The notes: a model not told the origin generated them from the letters alone. Positions 9,527 through 19,573 are shown, numbered from the stretch's first letter. The stretch is 64,000 nt of DNA from Gemmatimonadota bacterium (GCA_039586365.1 JBDHKN010000016.1:60957-124956); one strand, 5' to 3'. Numbers and translations: made by a program.

Positions 9527-10747
9527 ATGGAAGGCGCAGCGACACGGGAGCTTCGGATGAAGACAAAGCGATCAAAGAACCTCGCAATCGTGGTATCAAG
9601 TAGTGGCGTCATCGCGCTGGCAATGTGTGCCTGTGGCGATCCATCAGAACGGGGTCAGATGCAACAGCCAAATGAACAACCGCGAGCTTCAGTGACACGA
9701 GAGACCTTTGGGCAGCTACCTGACGGTACTAGGGTCGAATCGTTTACGCTCACCAATCAAAACGGCGTCGAGGTGCGGGCGATCACGTATGGTGGGATAA
9801 TCACCTCACTCCGTGTGCCCGATAGGGATGGCCAGTTCGCTGACGTCGTGCTTGGCTACGACGATCTCGCGGGCTATCTCACCGAGACCCCTTACTTCGG
9901 CGCGATTGTTGGCCGCTATGGCAATCGTATAGCACGCGGGCGATTCACACTGGACGGAAACAGCTACTCGCTGGCCACCAACAACGGCCCCAACCATTTG
10001 CATGGTGGCATCAAGGGGTTCGACAAGGTCGTGTGGGCGGGGGAACCGTTTGAAAGAGCCGACGGTGTGGGGGTGGTCTTCTCATACACGAGCCCTGACG
10101 GAGAGGAAGGCTACCCAGGAAATCTCGCGGCGCAAGTGACCTACACGCTCATCAACAGCAACGAGCTCAGTTTCGACTACTACGCCGTGACGGACAAAGC
10201 CACACCCGTCAATCTGACGCAGCACAGCTATTTCAATCTGGCCGGCGACGGCAGTGGTGACATCCTGGATCATCTGCTCACGATCTACGCCGGTCACTTC
10301 ACACCGGTGGATTCCACCTTGATACCTACTGGAGCGATCGCTCCCGTCACCGGAACGCCATTCGACTTCCGCTCGGCGACGGAGATAGGCGCGCGCATCG
10401 ACCAGGATGAGGAGCAACTCAGACACGGCCAGGGGTACGATCACAACTTCGTGCTCGACCGCGGAGATTCGGCGCTGGCACACGCAGCCCGGGTTTACGA
10501 GCCGGCCACGGGGAGATTGATGGACGTGTACACCACTGAGCCGGGGATCCAGTTCTACACGGGCAACTTCCTGGACGGCAGCATCACAGGGAAAGCCGGT
10601 CGTGTGTATCAGCGGCGTTACGGGTTCTGTCTCGAGACGCAGCACTTTCCCGACTCGCCCAACCAGCCGCAGTTTCCCGCGACGATCCTGCGGCCCGACG
10701 AAGAGCATCGGTCCAGGACGACGTACGTCTTCGGGGTGAGACCTTGA
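9527..10747 (+). CDS. galM: Aldose 1-epimerase (mutarotase) with signal/lipobox
   Basis: GRYGNRI, NHLHGG, NLTQHSYFNL, GYDHNF, CLETQHFPDSPN. Confidence 0.93.
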   Translation: MEGAATRELRMKTKRSKNLAIVVSSSGVIALAMCACGDPSERGQMQQPNEQPRASVTRETFGQLPDGTRVESFTLTNQNGVEVRAITYGGIITSLRVPDRDGQFADVVLGYDDLAGYLTETPYFGAIVGRYGNRIARGRFTLDGNSYSLATNNGPNHLHGGIKGFDKVVWAGEPFERADGVGVVFSYTSPDGEEGYPGNLAAQVTYTLINSNELSFDYYAVTDKATPVNLTQHSYFNLAGDGSGDILDHLLTIYAGHFTPVDSTLIPTGAIAPVTGTPFDFRSATEIGARIDQDEEQLRHGQGYDHNFVLDRGDSALAHAARVYEPATGRLMDVYTTEPGIQFYTGNFLDGSITGKAGRVYQRRYGFCLETQHFPDSPNQPQFPATILRPDEEHRSRTTYVFGVRP

Positions 10748-11736
10748 GCCTGACGAGCGGCGGCGGTAGGTGGAAATCTCCCACAGCAACCGCAGTGCGC
10801 CTGGGTCGGGCAGCGGCATGCCTGGCACTAGCCTGGTGCGTTGGCGCGTGTAGCGATCCTGGTGACGAACTTCCGTCCTGGGAGGGATTGCTCTCCATCA
10901 ACGGCACCGAGCTGTACGTCAAACGGCTCGGCGTTGGGGAGCCGATTGTGGTCGTTCACGGCGGGCCGGTACTGGAGCACGGTTACCTGCTGCCGCATCT
11001 CGCTCCGCTCGCCGAGTCGTACGAGTTGATCTTCTTCGATCAGCGGCTGAGCGGGCGTTCCGCACCGGGCGTCGACAGTGCCAGCGTTCGGCTCGCCACG
11101 TTCGTAGACGATATCGCAGCAGTGCGCCAGGCACTCGGGCTCGACCGCATCCATCTCATGGCACATTCCTGGGGCGGCCTGCTGGCTATGCACTATGCGC
11201 TCGAGCATCAGGAGCAGCTCATATCGCTGGTGTTGTTGAACTCCATGAGTCCGAGTAGCGATCTCTGGCAGGAGGAGGAGCGGTTGCTGGCAGGGAGAGT
11301 GACCGCGGCGGACAGTACGGCGCGTGCCACCCTGCGGGAGTCACAAGCGTTTGCGGCTCGCGAGGCGGAGGCTATCAGGCAAATGCTGCTCCTATCCTTC
11401 AAGACTCAGTTCCACGACCCAAACCGCAGCGGGGATCTCGACATCTACGTGCCGGACGACTACGTGGACCGCAGCAGGCAGTTCGGTTACATGATGGTGG
11501 ATCTGGCGGCCTTCGATCTGCGCGCCGAGCTGGATCGCATCACGGTCCCTACCTTGTTGATTTACGGATCTGATGAACCTGCAGTGACTCTGGGCGGCTC
11601 GGCGTTGCGCGAAGGGCTGCAAAACGAGGAGTTCGTGATCATCGAAAACGCCGGTCATTTTCCGTTCATCGAGCAGCCGGAGGTGTTCCTTCTCACCGTG
11701 CGGAAGTTCCTCGATGCCCGACGATCGGAAAACTGA
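10744..11736 (+). CDS. Alpha/beta hydrolase (proline iminopeptidase-like), possible lipoprotein
   Basis: HGGP, HSWGG nucleophile elbow, GHFPF. VGAC lipobox-like motif. Confidence 0.85.
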   Translation: MSLTSGGGRWKSPTATAVRLGRAAACLALAWCVGACSDPGDELPSWEGLLSINGTELYVKRLGVGEPIVVVHGGPVLEHGYLLPHLAPLAESYELIFFDQRLSGRSAPGVDSASVRLATFVDDIAAVRQALGLDRIHLMAHSWGGLLAMHYALEHQEQLISLVLLNSMSPSSDLWQEEERLLAGRVTAADSTARATLRESQAFAAREAEAIRQMLLLSFKTQFHDPNRSGDLDIYVPDDYVDRSRQFGYMMVDLAAFDLRAELDRITVPTLLIYGSDEPAVTLGGSALREGLQNEEFVIIENAGHFPFIEQPEVFLLTVRKFLDARRSEN

Positions 11737-11892
11737 GCCGGCCCACCTTTGTGTGATGCCCAGCGGTCACTCAAGCGGTCGACGACAATTGTCTGCCCGA
11801 ATCATCTCAGAAGGACATGTCTGTTCCGACCCACACTGCCAATCTCCCTGGTATGAAAGCCAATTTGCTGATAGCTTAGTTTCGAGGCCCGC

Positions 11893-11908
11893 AGCTAATA
11901 CCGTGCCA
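11893..11908 (-). promoter_or_regulatory. Sigma54-type -24/-12 promoter-like element
   Basis: The minus strand reads TGGCACG-GTAT-TAGCT, with correct GG-N10-GC spacing and one mismatch to TTGC. Confidence 0.35.
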
Positions 11909-12181
11909 CGATTGTGACCGTGGGGTCGGCCTCGCCGCCTGACAGACGCCGCAACGAGACGCCCGCCCGACGACGAGACCACTGGGACACTGAACGCAGT
12001 ATCGACCTTGGAGATTCGTCGATGCTTGAGCAGTAAGCTGCGGCTCATGCTCTTCAGTGTGATGTGGTTGCGTGGCCCAACAAGTAGCCGCGCTACGTGA
12101 GGTTACCATGCTTGGGTCAGCCAAGCGGCACTTGCGAACGAGAGTACAGGCTCACTCGAGATTGAATCGAGGAGTGTGACG

Positions 12182-13741
12182 ATGCAGGTGATATGTATTT
12201 CGAGAGGCACGCTCGGTCGCGGGAAGGATCTGGCCGAGGTGACAGCCAAGAAGCTGGACTTCGCCTGTCTGAGCCGAGAAGAGCTAGTCGAGGCCGCAGT
12301 CAAAGAAGGCATCCAGGTAGGCAAACTGGAGATGGCGATGCTCAAACCTCAGGCGTTCAGTGAACGTCTGGCCCTCGAGCGCGAGCACTATCAGGCGTTT
12401 TGTACGGCCTATTTGTGCGACCGCGCCGTTTCAGGGGATCTCGTCTATCACGGCCGCACCGGTCACCTGCTTCTCCCCGGAGTGAGTCACGTGCTCAGAG
12501 TACGTGTGGTCTCTGACCAGGAGCACAGAATCCGGGCCGTCATGAATCAGATGGGGATAGAGAGGAATAAGGCTCGCAGGTACATCGAAGAAGTAGATGA
12601 GGACAGGAAGCGTTGGGCCAAATCGATGTACGGCGTGTCGTTGGATGAAGTGATCAACTACGACTTCATTGTGAACCTCGAGCAGATGAGTCTGGAGAAC
12701 GCTGCTAGTGCGCTGCTTGGTGTAGCCCAGCTTCCTGACTTCCAGATGACACCGGCTTCCAAGAAGGCCGTGCTGAACTTGCAGCTTGGGGCAAGGGTGC
12801 GTCTGGAGTTGGCAAGGGATGAGCGAACCTGTGGGGCTACCTTCAAGGTTCGAGCGGATGCTGGAACCGTCACTGTGAGCTATCTGCCGCAGGATTCCAA
12901 GGTCGCCGAGTTCATCCCCGAGGTGCTTCAGCCGGTCGTGGGTGTCGGTGAGGTCAGAATCACGATGGCAATGACCAACATCCTCTGGATCCAGCAAGAA
13001 TTCCAGCCGCACTCAGAGACCTACGAAAAAGTCGTCGAGATTGCCAGAAAGTGGAACGCTGCGGTCGAGCTCATGAGACTGGCGCCGGAGGAACAGATTC
13101 CCTCGTTGCAGCAACAGGGCGTGACCGACCCGACGCGGGCAATGGCAAGCGTTGTCCGTAAAGAGTACGACGGAGGAATCGAGGACGACACCGCTGACGT
13201 CTCGGGTAACGATGGAGGCCTCAAGCCAACTCTTGACGAGCTGGCAATGGTCGGCCGGTCAGGTGGGGGACGGTCAGTCTACGGCGACCACCATCAACTG
13301 ATTGAGCTGCTCGACCGGCACATTCCCTACACACTGGTGGTCATTGGGAACGTGTTCCTGGCAAAGGGACACGCTGCCAAGCTCCGCGCCACCCGCGATC
13401 TGCGCAGCTTCCTGAGTGACCGAATCAAGGCTCCTGTGGTCACCGCTGATGAACTCGGCAGCCAATACCTGTTCGGTAAACGGGACATCACCCGTACCGT
13501 GGTTTTTGCTGCTTTGGCCCTCGCAATGTACTGGCTGGTGTTTGCCCACCAGGAGCCCATACTGGGATTTCTAGCACACTCCGGTTGGTACGCAGAGGCA
13601 GTGGAAGGCACCTTCCTGGCAAGGTTCAGTTGGCTGCCGAAAGTCATCGTGTCAGCGGCGGTGTTCCTCGTAATACCCGTGGTTGCGTACACATACGGAA
13701 GCGTGACCAGCGCGATTCTGAAACTCATGAAGATGGAATAA
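12182..13741 (+). CDS. Multidomain protein: cytidylate-kinase-like + BON-like + USP-like + C-terminal 2-TM
   Basis: VICISRGTLGRGKDLAE and YHGR...LRVRV (CMK-like). ARVRLELARD...VRADAGTVTV...VVGVGEV (BON-like). NILWI...AAVELM...LVVIG...APVVT (USP-like strands). Two hydrophobic helices at the C-terminus. RBS GAGGAG. Confidence 0.75.
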   Translation: MQVICISRGTLGRGKDLAEVTAKKLDFACLSREELVEAAVKEGIQVGKLEMAMLKPQAFSERLALEREHYQAFCTAYLCDRAVSGDLVYHGRTGHLLLPGVSHVLRVRVVSDQEHRIRAVMNQMGIERNKARRYIEEVDEDRKRWAKSMYGVSLDEVINYDFIVNLEQMSLENAASALLGVAQLPDFQMTPASKKAVLNLQLGARVRLELARDERTCGATFKVRADAGTVTVSYLPQDSKVAEFIPEVLQPVVGVGEVRITMAMTNILWIQQEFQPHSETYEKVVEIARKWNAAVELMRLAPEEQIPSLQQQGVTDPTRAMASVVRKEYDGGIEDDTADVSGNDGGLKPTLDELAMVGRSGGGRSVYGDHHQLIELLDRHIPYTLVVIGNVFLAKGHAAKLRATRDLRSFLSDRIKAPVVTADELGSQYLFGKRDITRTVVFAALALAMYWLVFAHQEPILGFLAHSGWYAEAVEGTFLARFSWLPKVIVSAAVFLVIPVVAYTYGSVTSAILKLMKME

Positions 13742-13762
13742 ACGAAACACTCGGAGCGATTC

Positions 13763-14863
13763 TTGATGGAGAATCTACTCTTCGGCCACTTCGTTCACCT
13801 AGACCTAGCTGGTGCTCTCCAGGTGGTGGCAATCGGCTTCATCGGTGGCACGCTCAGCGGCTTCATCGGCAGCGGTGGTGCGTTTTTCATGACGCCCGGC
13901 ATGATGAATCTGGGTGTGCCAGGCGTCGTCGCTGTGGGGAGCAACATCGCGCATAAGTTCGGCAAGGCGATGATGGGGAGCAGGAGACACCGCGAATACG
14001 GCAACGTGGACAGGCGGCTCTCGGTGTTCATGGTCACCACCTCTTTTGCAGGTATCCAGCTGGCAGTCTGGATCAACAGTGCCCTATTCAAGGGAGCTGG
14101 GGGAGAGCATGGAACTGGAGGTTCGGGAGCATCGAACCTCTACATTAGCATGGTCTTCATTCTCATATTGTCAGTCGTGGCAGTCTCGATGTTGCGTGAT
14201 GCGCTCAGACGTGATGGAGGAGACGGGACTCCTTCCATGAGAATCACGAACTTCTTGTCGAGACTCTATCTGCCACCATACATCTATTTCACAGTTGCCG
14301 ATGTGAAGGTTTCGCTGTGGATAGTGCTGATAGCTGGGCTGGCCACAGGGTACTTGGCCGGTACCATTGGTGTTGGTGGGTTCATCGGCGTGCCCGCCAT
14401 GATCTATTTGTTTGGTGTGGCAACCCCGGTAGCGGCCGGTTCGGAACTGTATTTGGCTCAATTCATGGGTGCGTGGGGTGCGATCAACTATGCCTACCAG
14501 GGCCTGGTAGACTTACGACTCACCATGCTGCTTTATCTCGGGTCGCTGCTTGGCATCTTCATAGGTGCTTACGGAGTCAAAGTAGTACGAGAAGTGATGA
14601 TAAGGATGGTTACTGCGATTGTGATTCTACTATGCGTGCTGAGTCGGGCTATTGCGGTTCCCATGTACCTGCGTGAGTTGGGATGGATTGGTATGAACCC
14701 TGACTGGGACAAGTACTTCAACCAGGCCAGTAAGGCGATGCTCTTCGCAGCCGGGATTTCTGGCATCGTTGTCATTCTCTACAATGTCATCAAGGCATAT
14801 CGGCAGAGAAGGCAGATCCAGACCACTCTAGTTAGACTGAGAGTTGAAGGAGAAGCGGCTTAG
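13763..14863 (+). CDS. TauE/SafE-family (TSUP) anion transporter
   Basis: GFIGGTLSGFIGSGGAFFMTPGM and the internal repeat GYLAGTIGVGGFIGVPAM. About 8-9 TM segments. Confidence 0.88.
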   Translation: MMENLLFGHFVHLDLAGALQVVAIGFIGGTLSGFIGSGGAFFMTPGMMNLGVPGVVAVGSNIAHKFGKAMMGSRRHREYGNVDRRLSVFMVTTSFAGIQLAVWINSALFKGAGGEHGTGGSGASNLYISMVFILILSVVAVSMLRDALRRDGGDGTPSMRITNFLSRLYLPPYIYFTVADVKVSLWIVLIAGLATGYLAGTIGVGGFIGVPAMIYLFGVATPVAAGSELYLAQFMGAWGAINYAYQGLVDLRLTMLLYLGSLLGIFIGAYGVKVVREVMIRMVTAIVILLCVLSRAIAVPMYLRELGWIGMNPDWDKYFNQASKAMLFAAGISGIVVILYNVIKAYRQRRQIQTTLVRLRVEGEAA

Positions 14864-14954
14864 AACAACCGACACAGCTCGTTGTCGGCATGCGACGCTA
14901 TTGGGTGATCGCAAGGAAGACCGCCATTGACACCATGAATAGGTGATTTGTGCC

Positions 14955-15602
14955 ATGAGCGAGAAGAACGAGGATCAGAAGAGCGACGACAAGAAGACCA
15001 CCAAGATCGATGATTGGATGGTCAGGATCTCCTTTGCCGAAGCCGGGGAGCCGGACGCCGGTTTCAAGCTCACTGGCCTCGACGTAGTCAGGAAGGCCAA
15101 GCTCGCTCTCGACAAGATAATGGTCGTGAGGTCTGAGAGAGAGGCAGCAAAGAAGGAAGGTGATGAGGCGGACATCATGACGGTTAGAAAACCAGACCGA
15201 AAGAAGGTGCCCATGGAAGACAAAGTGCGCATCATGATCCTGGATGACGAGCCCATTGTCGGGAAGCGATTGGAGCCGGCTCTGACCAAACACGGCTTCC
15301 TCGTTGAAGTGTTTGAGGATCCGACCAAAGCGCTTCAGCGGCTTGACGAGCAGGATTTCGATATTGTTGTCACGGATCTGAGGATGGAGGTGGTAGACGG
15401 CATTGAGGTGCTGGAACACATCATGTCCAAGTGTGAGCACACAAGGGTGATACTGATTACGGGATATGCCACCGTTGAGGTCGCCAGAGAGGCTCTGGTC
15501 AAGGGCGCGTTTGACTTCATAGCGAAGCCGTTCAAACCGAAGGATCTCCGTGCTGTGATCAACAAGGCGGCTCTGTCTTTGGGACACGAGGGGGTCTTGT
15601 AG
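14955..15602 (+). CDS. Receiver-only response regulator with an N-terminal FAEAGE-motif extension
   Basis: ILDDE, TDLRM, ITGY, KPF and no output domain. Possible internal start at 15213. Confidence 0.85.
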   Translation: MSEKNEDQKSDDKKTTKIDDWMVRISFAEAGEPDAGFKLTGLDVVRKAKLALDKIMVVRSEREAAKKEGDEADIMTVRKPDRKKVPMEDKVRIMILDDEPIVGKRLEPALTKHGFLVEVFEDPTKALQRLDEQDFDIVVTDLRMEVVDGIEVLEHIMSKCEHTRVILITGYATVEVAREALVKGAFDFIAKPFKPKDLRAVINKAALSLGHEGVL

Positions 15603-15606
15603 TCAA

Positions 15607-17193
15607 ATGCGAGACAGCGAGGACCTGGCCAACGGATCGCTGACGGCGTCCTCATTTACCGAGGACGGGCGGTCCTCACTGAAAGAGATCGGGGAAAAGG
15701 CTCAACGAGCCTTGAGGGAACGCCCACGTTTCTCTATCCGTAACCGACTCGGGTTGGGCTTCCTGGTTTGGTTCGTTCTCAGCCTGGGCATTGCAATCAT
15801 CTCCACGATCCTCATCACGCGTATCAAGAACAAACTGTACTTTACCGAGGCTGCGAACAATTACACGTTTGAGATACAGCAGGCCCGGCGGTTCGAAAAG
15901 AACTACTTTCTGTATCATACCAACCTCGACGACGCGCTCGATCACGTGCACAACGCCCAGCGGATTCTAGAGTCAGAACGTGACAACATTGAATCTGTAG
16001 TGGGGGCCGGGAACTTTGAGGCCATGGATGTACATGTGGGGCGCTATGAGGAATTGCTCATCCAGTTGCGGGTGCTCGATCGTTTGGGAGAGCCCGAGTC
16101 GCAGAGAGGATATGCCGAAATCGAGGCGGAGCTGCGGGAACACGGCTCGGAGATGGTCGCGGTAGCGGAGGATCTCGTAGCTAGAGAGCGTAGGGCTGTG
16201 AACTCGATGCTCCTCACGTCTCAGCGGATCCCCGTCGCTTTTCTCTTTGTCCTCATCTTATTGATACTCTTCCTAGGGTTCTTCATCGCCCGGCAAATGC
16301 TGGCACCGCTCAATCGCATGGTGCAAGCCGCCACCAGGATGGCGGCCGGTAACCTCACGCCCATCATGCCGAGGCGAAAGTACTATGATGAGTTTTCGGA
16401 GCTGGCGCTGGCGATGAACAACATGATGCTCCAGCTGGTGCATCGACACGAACTGTTGGTGCAGGCGCACAAGCTCAAGGCCGTGGGGACGCTCACGGCA
16501 GGTGTGGCGCACGAGTTGAACAATCCCATCAACAACATCATGCTGACCGCAAGCATGCTCCAAGAGGATTATCAGGAACTGTCCGAGGAACAGCGACTGG
16601 ACATGACCAACGATCTGGTTGGTGAGTCTGAAAGGGCTCAGAAGATCGTGCGAAACCTGCTCGACTTTGCCCGCGAGAGCAACATAGAGACCCAGGCGAT
16701 CAGAGCGGAGGACATCGTTGCGGAGACTCTGCAGCTCGCCAGCAACCAAGTGAAGCTGGCGAAGGTGAAGGTCAGCGGGGAATTAGACGAAAGCATACCA
16801 CCGATCTACGGTGATCGCCAGCAGCTCACGCAGGTGTTTCTGAATATCGTACTCAACGCGTTGGACTCCATGCCCCAGGGAGGAAAGCTCGGCATCTCCA
16901 TCAGAAACACCAAGAACCGCGACTTCGTGGCGGTGGAATTCGCGGACAGTGGAACGGGCATAGGGGAGCAGGAACTCAAGAGCATCTTCGATCCCTTCTT
17001 CACGACCAAACCCGATGCGAAGGGCACGGGGTTGGGGTTGTCGGTGTCTCTGGGAATTATCAAACAACATGGTGGTGACATCCAGGTGCGGAGTCGGATC
17101 AACGAAGGCACCACATTCACGATCCTGCTCCCCATCGCGCAAGTGCCGGCTGATATATCGGACGAGCGGGAACTAGACGAAGTGACAGTGTGA
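15607..17193 (+). CDS. HAMP-domain sensor histidine kinase (NtrB-like)
   Basis: 2 TM, periplasmic ARRFEKNYFLY, HAMP, AHELNNP, NIVLNA, FDPFFTTK, GTGLGL. Confidence 0.93.
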   Translation: MRDSEDLANGSLTASSFTEDGRSSLKEIGEKAQRALRERPRFSIRNRLGLGFLVWFVLSLGIAIISTILITRIKNKLYFTEAANNYTFEIQQARRFEKNYFLYHTNLDDALDHVHNAQRILESERDNIESVVGAGNFEAMDVHVGRYEELLIQLRVLDRLGEPESQRGYAEIEAELREHGSEMVAVAEDLVARERRAVNSMLLTSQRIPVAFLFVLILLILFLGFFIARQMLAPLNRMVQAATRMAAGNLTPIMPRRKYYDEFSELALAMNNMMLQLVHRHELLVQAHKLKAVGTLTAGVAHELNNPINNIMLTASMLQEDYQELSEEQRLDMTNDLVGESERAQKIVRNLLDFARESNIETQAIRAEDIVAETLQLASNQVKLAKVKVSGELDESIPPIYGDRQQLTQVFLNIVLNALDSMPQGGKLGISIRNTKNRDFVAVEFADSGTGIGEQELKSIFDPFFTTKPDAKGTGLGLSVSLGIIKQHGGDIQVRSRINEGTTFTILLPIAQVPADISDERELDEVTV

Positions 17194-17293
17194 AAACTGA
17201 CTAGAACCAACGAGCAGGTGGCTGACCGCTCCGCAAGCACTCACTAATCGGGTATGATCCTCCCGCAGGGGCGATGTGTGTCGGACTGGGGCA

Positions 17294-19573
17294 TCAAGCA
17301 GACCCTTCACCGATCAAATGATCCAAGCCAATATCCCGCAGCACCTGTTCGTAACGGGAGTCTTTCTGCCACCCGATCTCTCGCGGTACCGCAGTGATGT
17401 AGAGCAGATTGGGATCGCGGTCGCGCATGGCCTCGGCCAGATATTCGAACGAGCGATCCATTTCACCTAGTGCCGCATGACCCACGGCGAGCCAGAAGGG
17501 AAACACGTAATCACTCTGCGCCTGTTCGGTGAGTTGCCGCAGCAGTTCCCGGGCCCGCGCCACGTTCCCAGACTGCGCGGACAAACCGACTACCATTCCA
17601 ACGACGGCGACAGCCTGCCCGGACGACAGTTCCATCGCTCGCTCCGCAGCTGCCGCTGACTTCTCGCCGTCACCCTTGCGCCAATACGCGTCCGCAAGCT
17701 CGAGATAGGACACCATGTGACGCGGATCGGTCTGGACGATTCGCTCCAGCCGCTCGATGGCCTGGTCGATGCGGTCGAAGATCATCAGGACCTGGGCTAG
17801 GCGTGCGGAGACGTTGAGGTCGAGTGGGTCGAGATCCGCAGCGCGCCGATTGGCGGCTACGGCCTGCTCGAAGTCGCGCTCGACGTAGGTGTAGTAGAAC
17901 TCGGCCCAGAAGTGTCCGTCCACGAAGTTGGGGTTGATGGCAATCGCGCGGTCAATTCCGGCTTTCGCGGCTGCGTAATCCCATTCGTAATACATGGCCA
18001 CGAGCGCGCGCGCCAACCGTGCTTCGGCCAGGTTCGCGTTGAGTGTCAGGGCCCGCTCGGCTGCCTCTTTCGCTTTGGGCATCAGCTCGCGGCTTGGTTG
18101 GGTCGCAAAGCCAATAGCGAGAACGACGTGCAGTTCGGCCTGCGCACTGTAGGCCAGTGCAAACCCGGGATCTTTCTCGATTGCCTCTCGGTAGCCTGCG
18201 GCTGCTTGCTCGATGGCATCGCCGCCGCCGAACATCTGGCGGCGGTGGTAGCGGCCCCGCAGGTAGGCGTCGTATGCGGTTGGATCGGGTCGCGGCTCCG
18301 ACGTCGTCGCAGTTGGTTGAGAGGCAGCGGGCGCGAACTCGCTCTTCAGGCGCTCGGCGATGGCCAGGGAGATCTCATCCTGAATTGCGAAGACGTCTTC
18401 GAGATCGCGGTCGAACCGCTCGGACCACAGGTGGTATCCGTCGGCGACATTGATGAGCTGTGCGGTCACGCGCACTCTGTTGCCAGCCTTTCGGACGCTC
18501 CCCTCCAGTATAGTGCTCACACTCAGCTTGCGACCGATCTCCCGGATGTCGTACTCCTTGCCCTTGAACTGAAAGGCCGACGTGCGTGCCGTGACTCGTA
18601 GGCCGGGAATCTCGGCAATGGCGTTGATTACCTCCTCGGTGATTCCGTCACTGAAGTACTCGTTTTCCGGATCGGTACTCATGTTCGCGAAGGGGAGTAC
18701 GGCGATCGCCGCACGGTCAGCCATGGTGGTGACTGCCCCAGATTCTCCCGCAAGTGCCGCCGAGAACTCCAGAGCGGAGGCGTACCGGTCCGCAGGTACC
18801 CGGGCGAGTGCCCTGGTGATAGCTGCCGCCACGTGATTGGGGACGGTTCCGCGCACGGTCGAAATTGCGGGTGCCTGTTCGACTGACTTCCGTGCGAGAA
18901 TGGCCTGCGGCGTCGACCCTGTGAATGGCGGGTCGCCAGCAAGCATTTCGTACAGCATGCAGCCGAGACTGTAGATATCACTCCTTCCATCGATGGCCTC
19001 GTCGCCGGTCGTCTGTTCAGGGGACATATAGGCTGGTGTGCCGATGGCAAGTCCTGTCTCCGTGAGTCGCTCACCGCCCGCAGCCGATAAGGCACGCGCG
19101 ATGCCGAAATCGGAAACCACGGCGTGTCCCGCCTGGATCAGTACGTTCTCTGGCTTGATGTCGCGGTGTACGATGCCGAGGGAGTGCGCGTAGCCGAGTG
19201 CGTCGGCTACCTCGCCAGTCAGCTGGAGCGCATCCTTGATGGGTAGCTGCTTCTCGCGATGCAGACGATCTCGCAGGGACTCGCCTGCAACATACGGCAT
19301 GGAGTAGTAGAGCAATCCCCCAGCTTCACCGCAATCGTACAGTGCGAGTATGTTCGGGTGCATGAGCCTCGCCGCAATCCGTATCTCGCGGAGAAACCGC
19401 TCGACACCGAGTGCGGCCGCGACTTCAGGGCGAAGTACCTTGAGGGCGACCGGTCGATCAGTTTTCTGATCGTGAGCAAGGAAGACGATCGCCATCCCAC
19501 CACGACCCAATTCCCTCTCGACGGCATAACGGTCGGCCAGTGCAACCTTGAGGTGCTTGAGGAGGTCGGTCAC
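17294..19573 (-). CDS. Hanks-type Ser/Thr protein kinase with TolB-N-like and TPR domains
   Basis: LGRGGMA, VALK, HRDIKPEN, DFG, GTPAYMSPE. IAVLPFANMS...YFSDGITEE followed by TPR-like helices. Confidence 0.93.
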   Translation of the reverse strand: MTDLLKHLKVALADRYAVERELGRGGMAIVFLAHDQKTDRPVALKVLRPEVAAALGVERFLREIRIAARLMHPNILALYDCGEAGGLLYYSMPYVAGESLRDRLHREKQLPIKDALQLTGEVADALGYAHSLGIVHRDIKPENVLIQAGHAVVSDFGIARALSAAGGERLTETGLAIGTPAYMSPEQTTGDEAIDGRSDIYSLGCMLYEMLAGDPPFTGSTPQAILARKSVEQAPAISTVRGTVPNHVAAAITRALARVPADRYASALEFSAALAGESGAVTTMADRAAIAVLPFANMSTDPENEYFSDGITEEVINAIAEIPGLRVTARTSAFQFKGKEYDIREIGRKLSVSTILEGSVRKAGNRVRVTAQLINVADGYHLWSERFDRDLEDVFAIQDEISLAIAERLKSEFAPAASQPTATTSEPRPDPTAYDAYLRGRYHRRQMFGGGDAIEQAAAGYREAIEKDPGFALAYSAQAELHVVLAIGFATQPSRELMPKAKEAAERALTLNANLAEARLARALVAMYYEWDYAAAKAGIDRAIAINPNFVDGHFWAEFYYTYVERDFEQAVAANRRAADLDPLDLNVSARLAQVLMIFDRIDQAIERLERIVQTDPRHMVSYLELADAYWRKGDGEKSAAAAERAMELSSGQAVAVVGMVVGLSAQSGNVARARELLRQLTEQAQSDYVFPFWLAVGHAALGEMDRSFEYLAEAMRDRDPNLLYITAVPREIGWQKDSRYEQVLRDIGLDHLIGEGSA

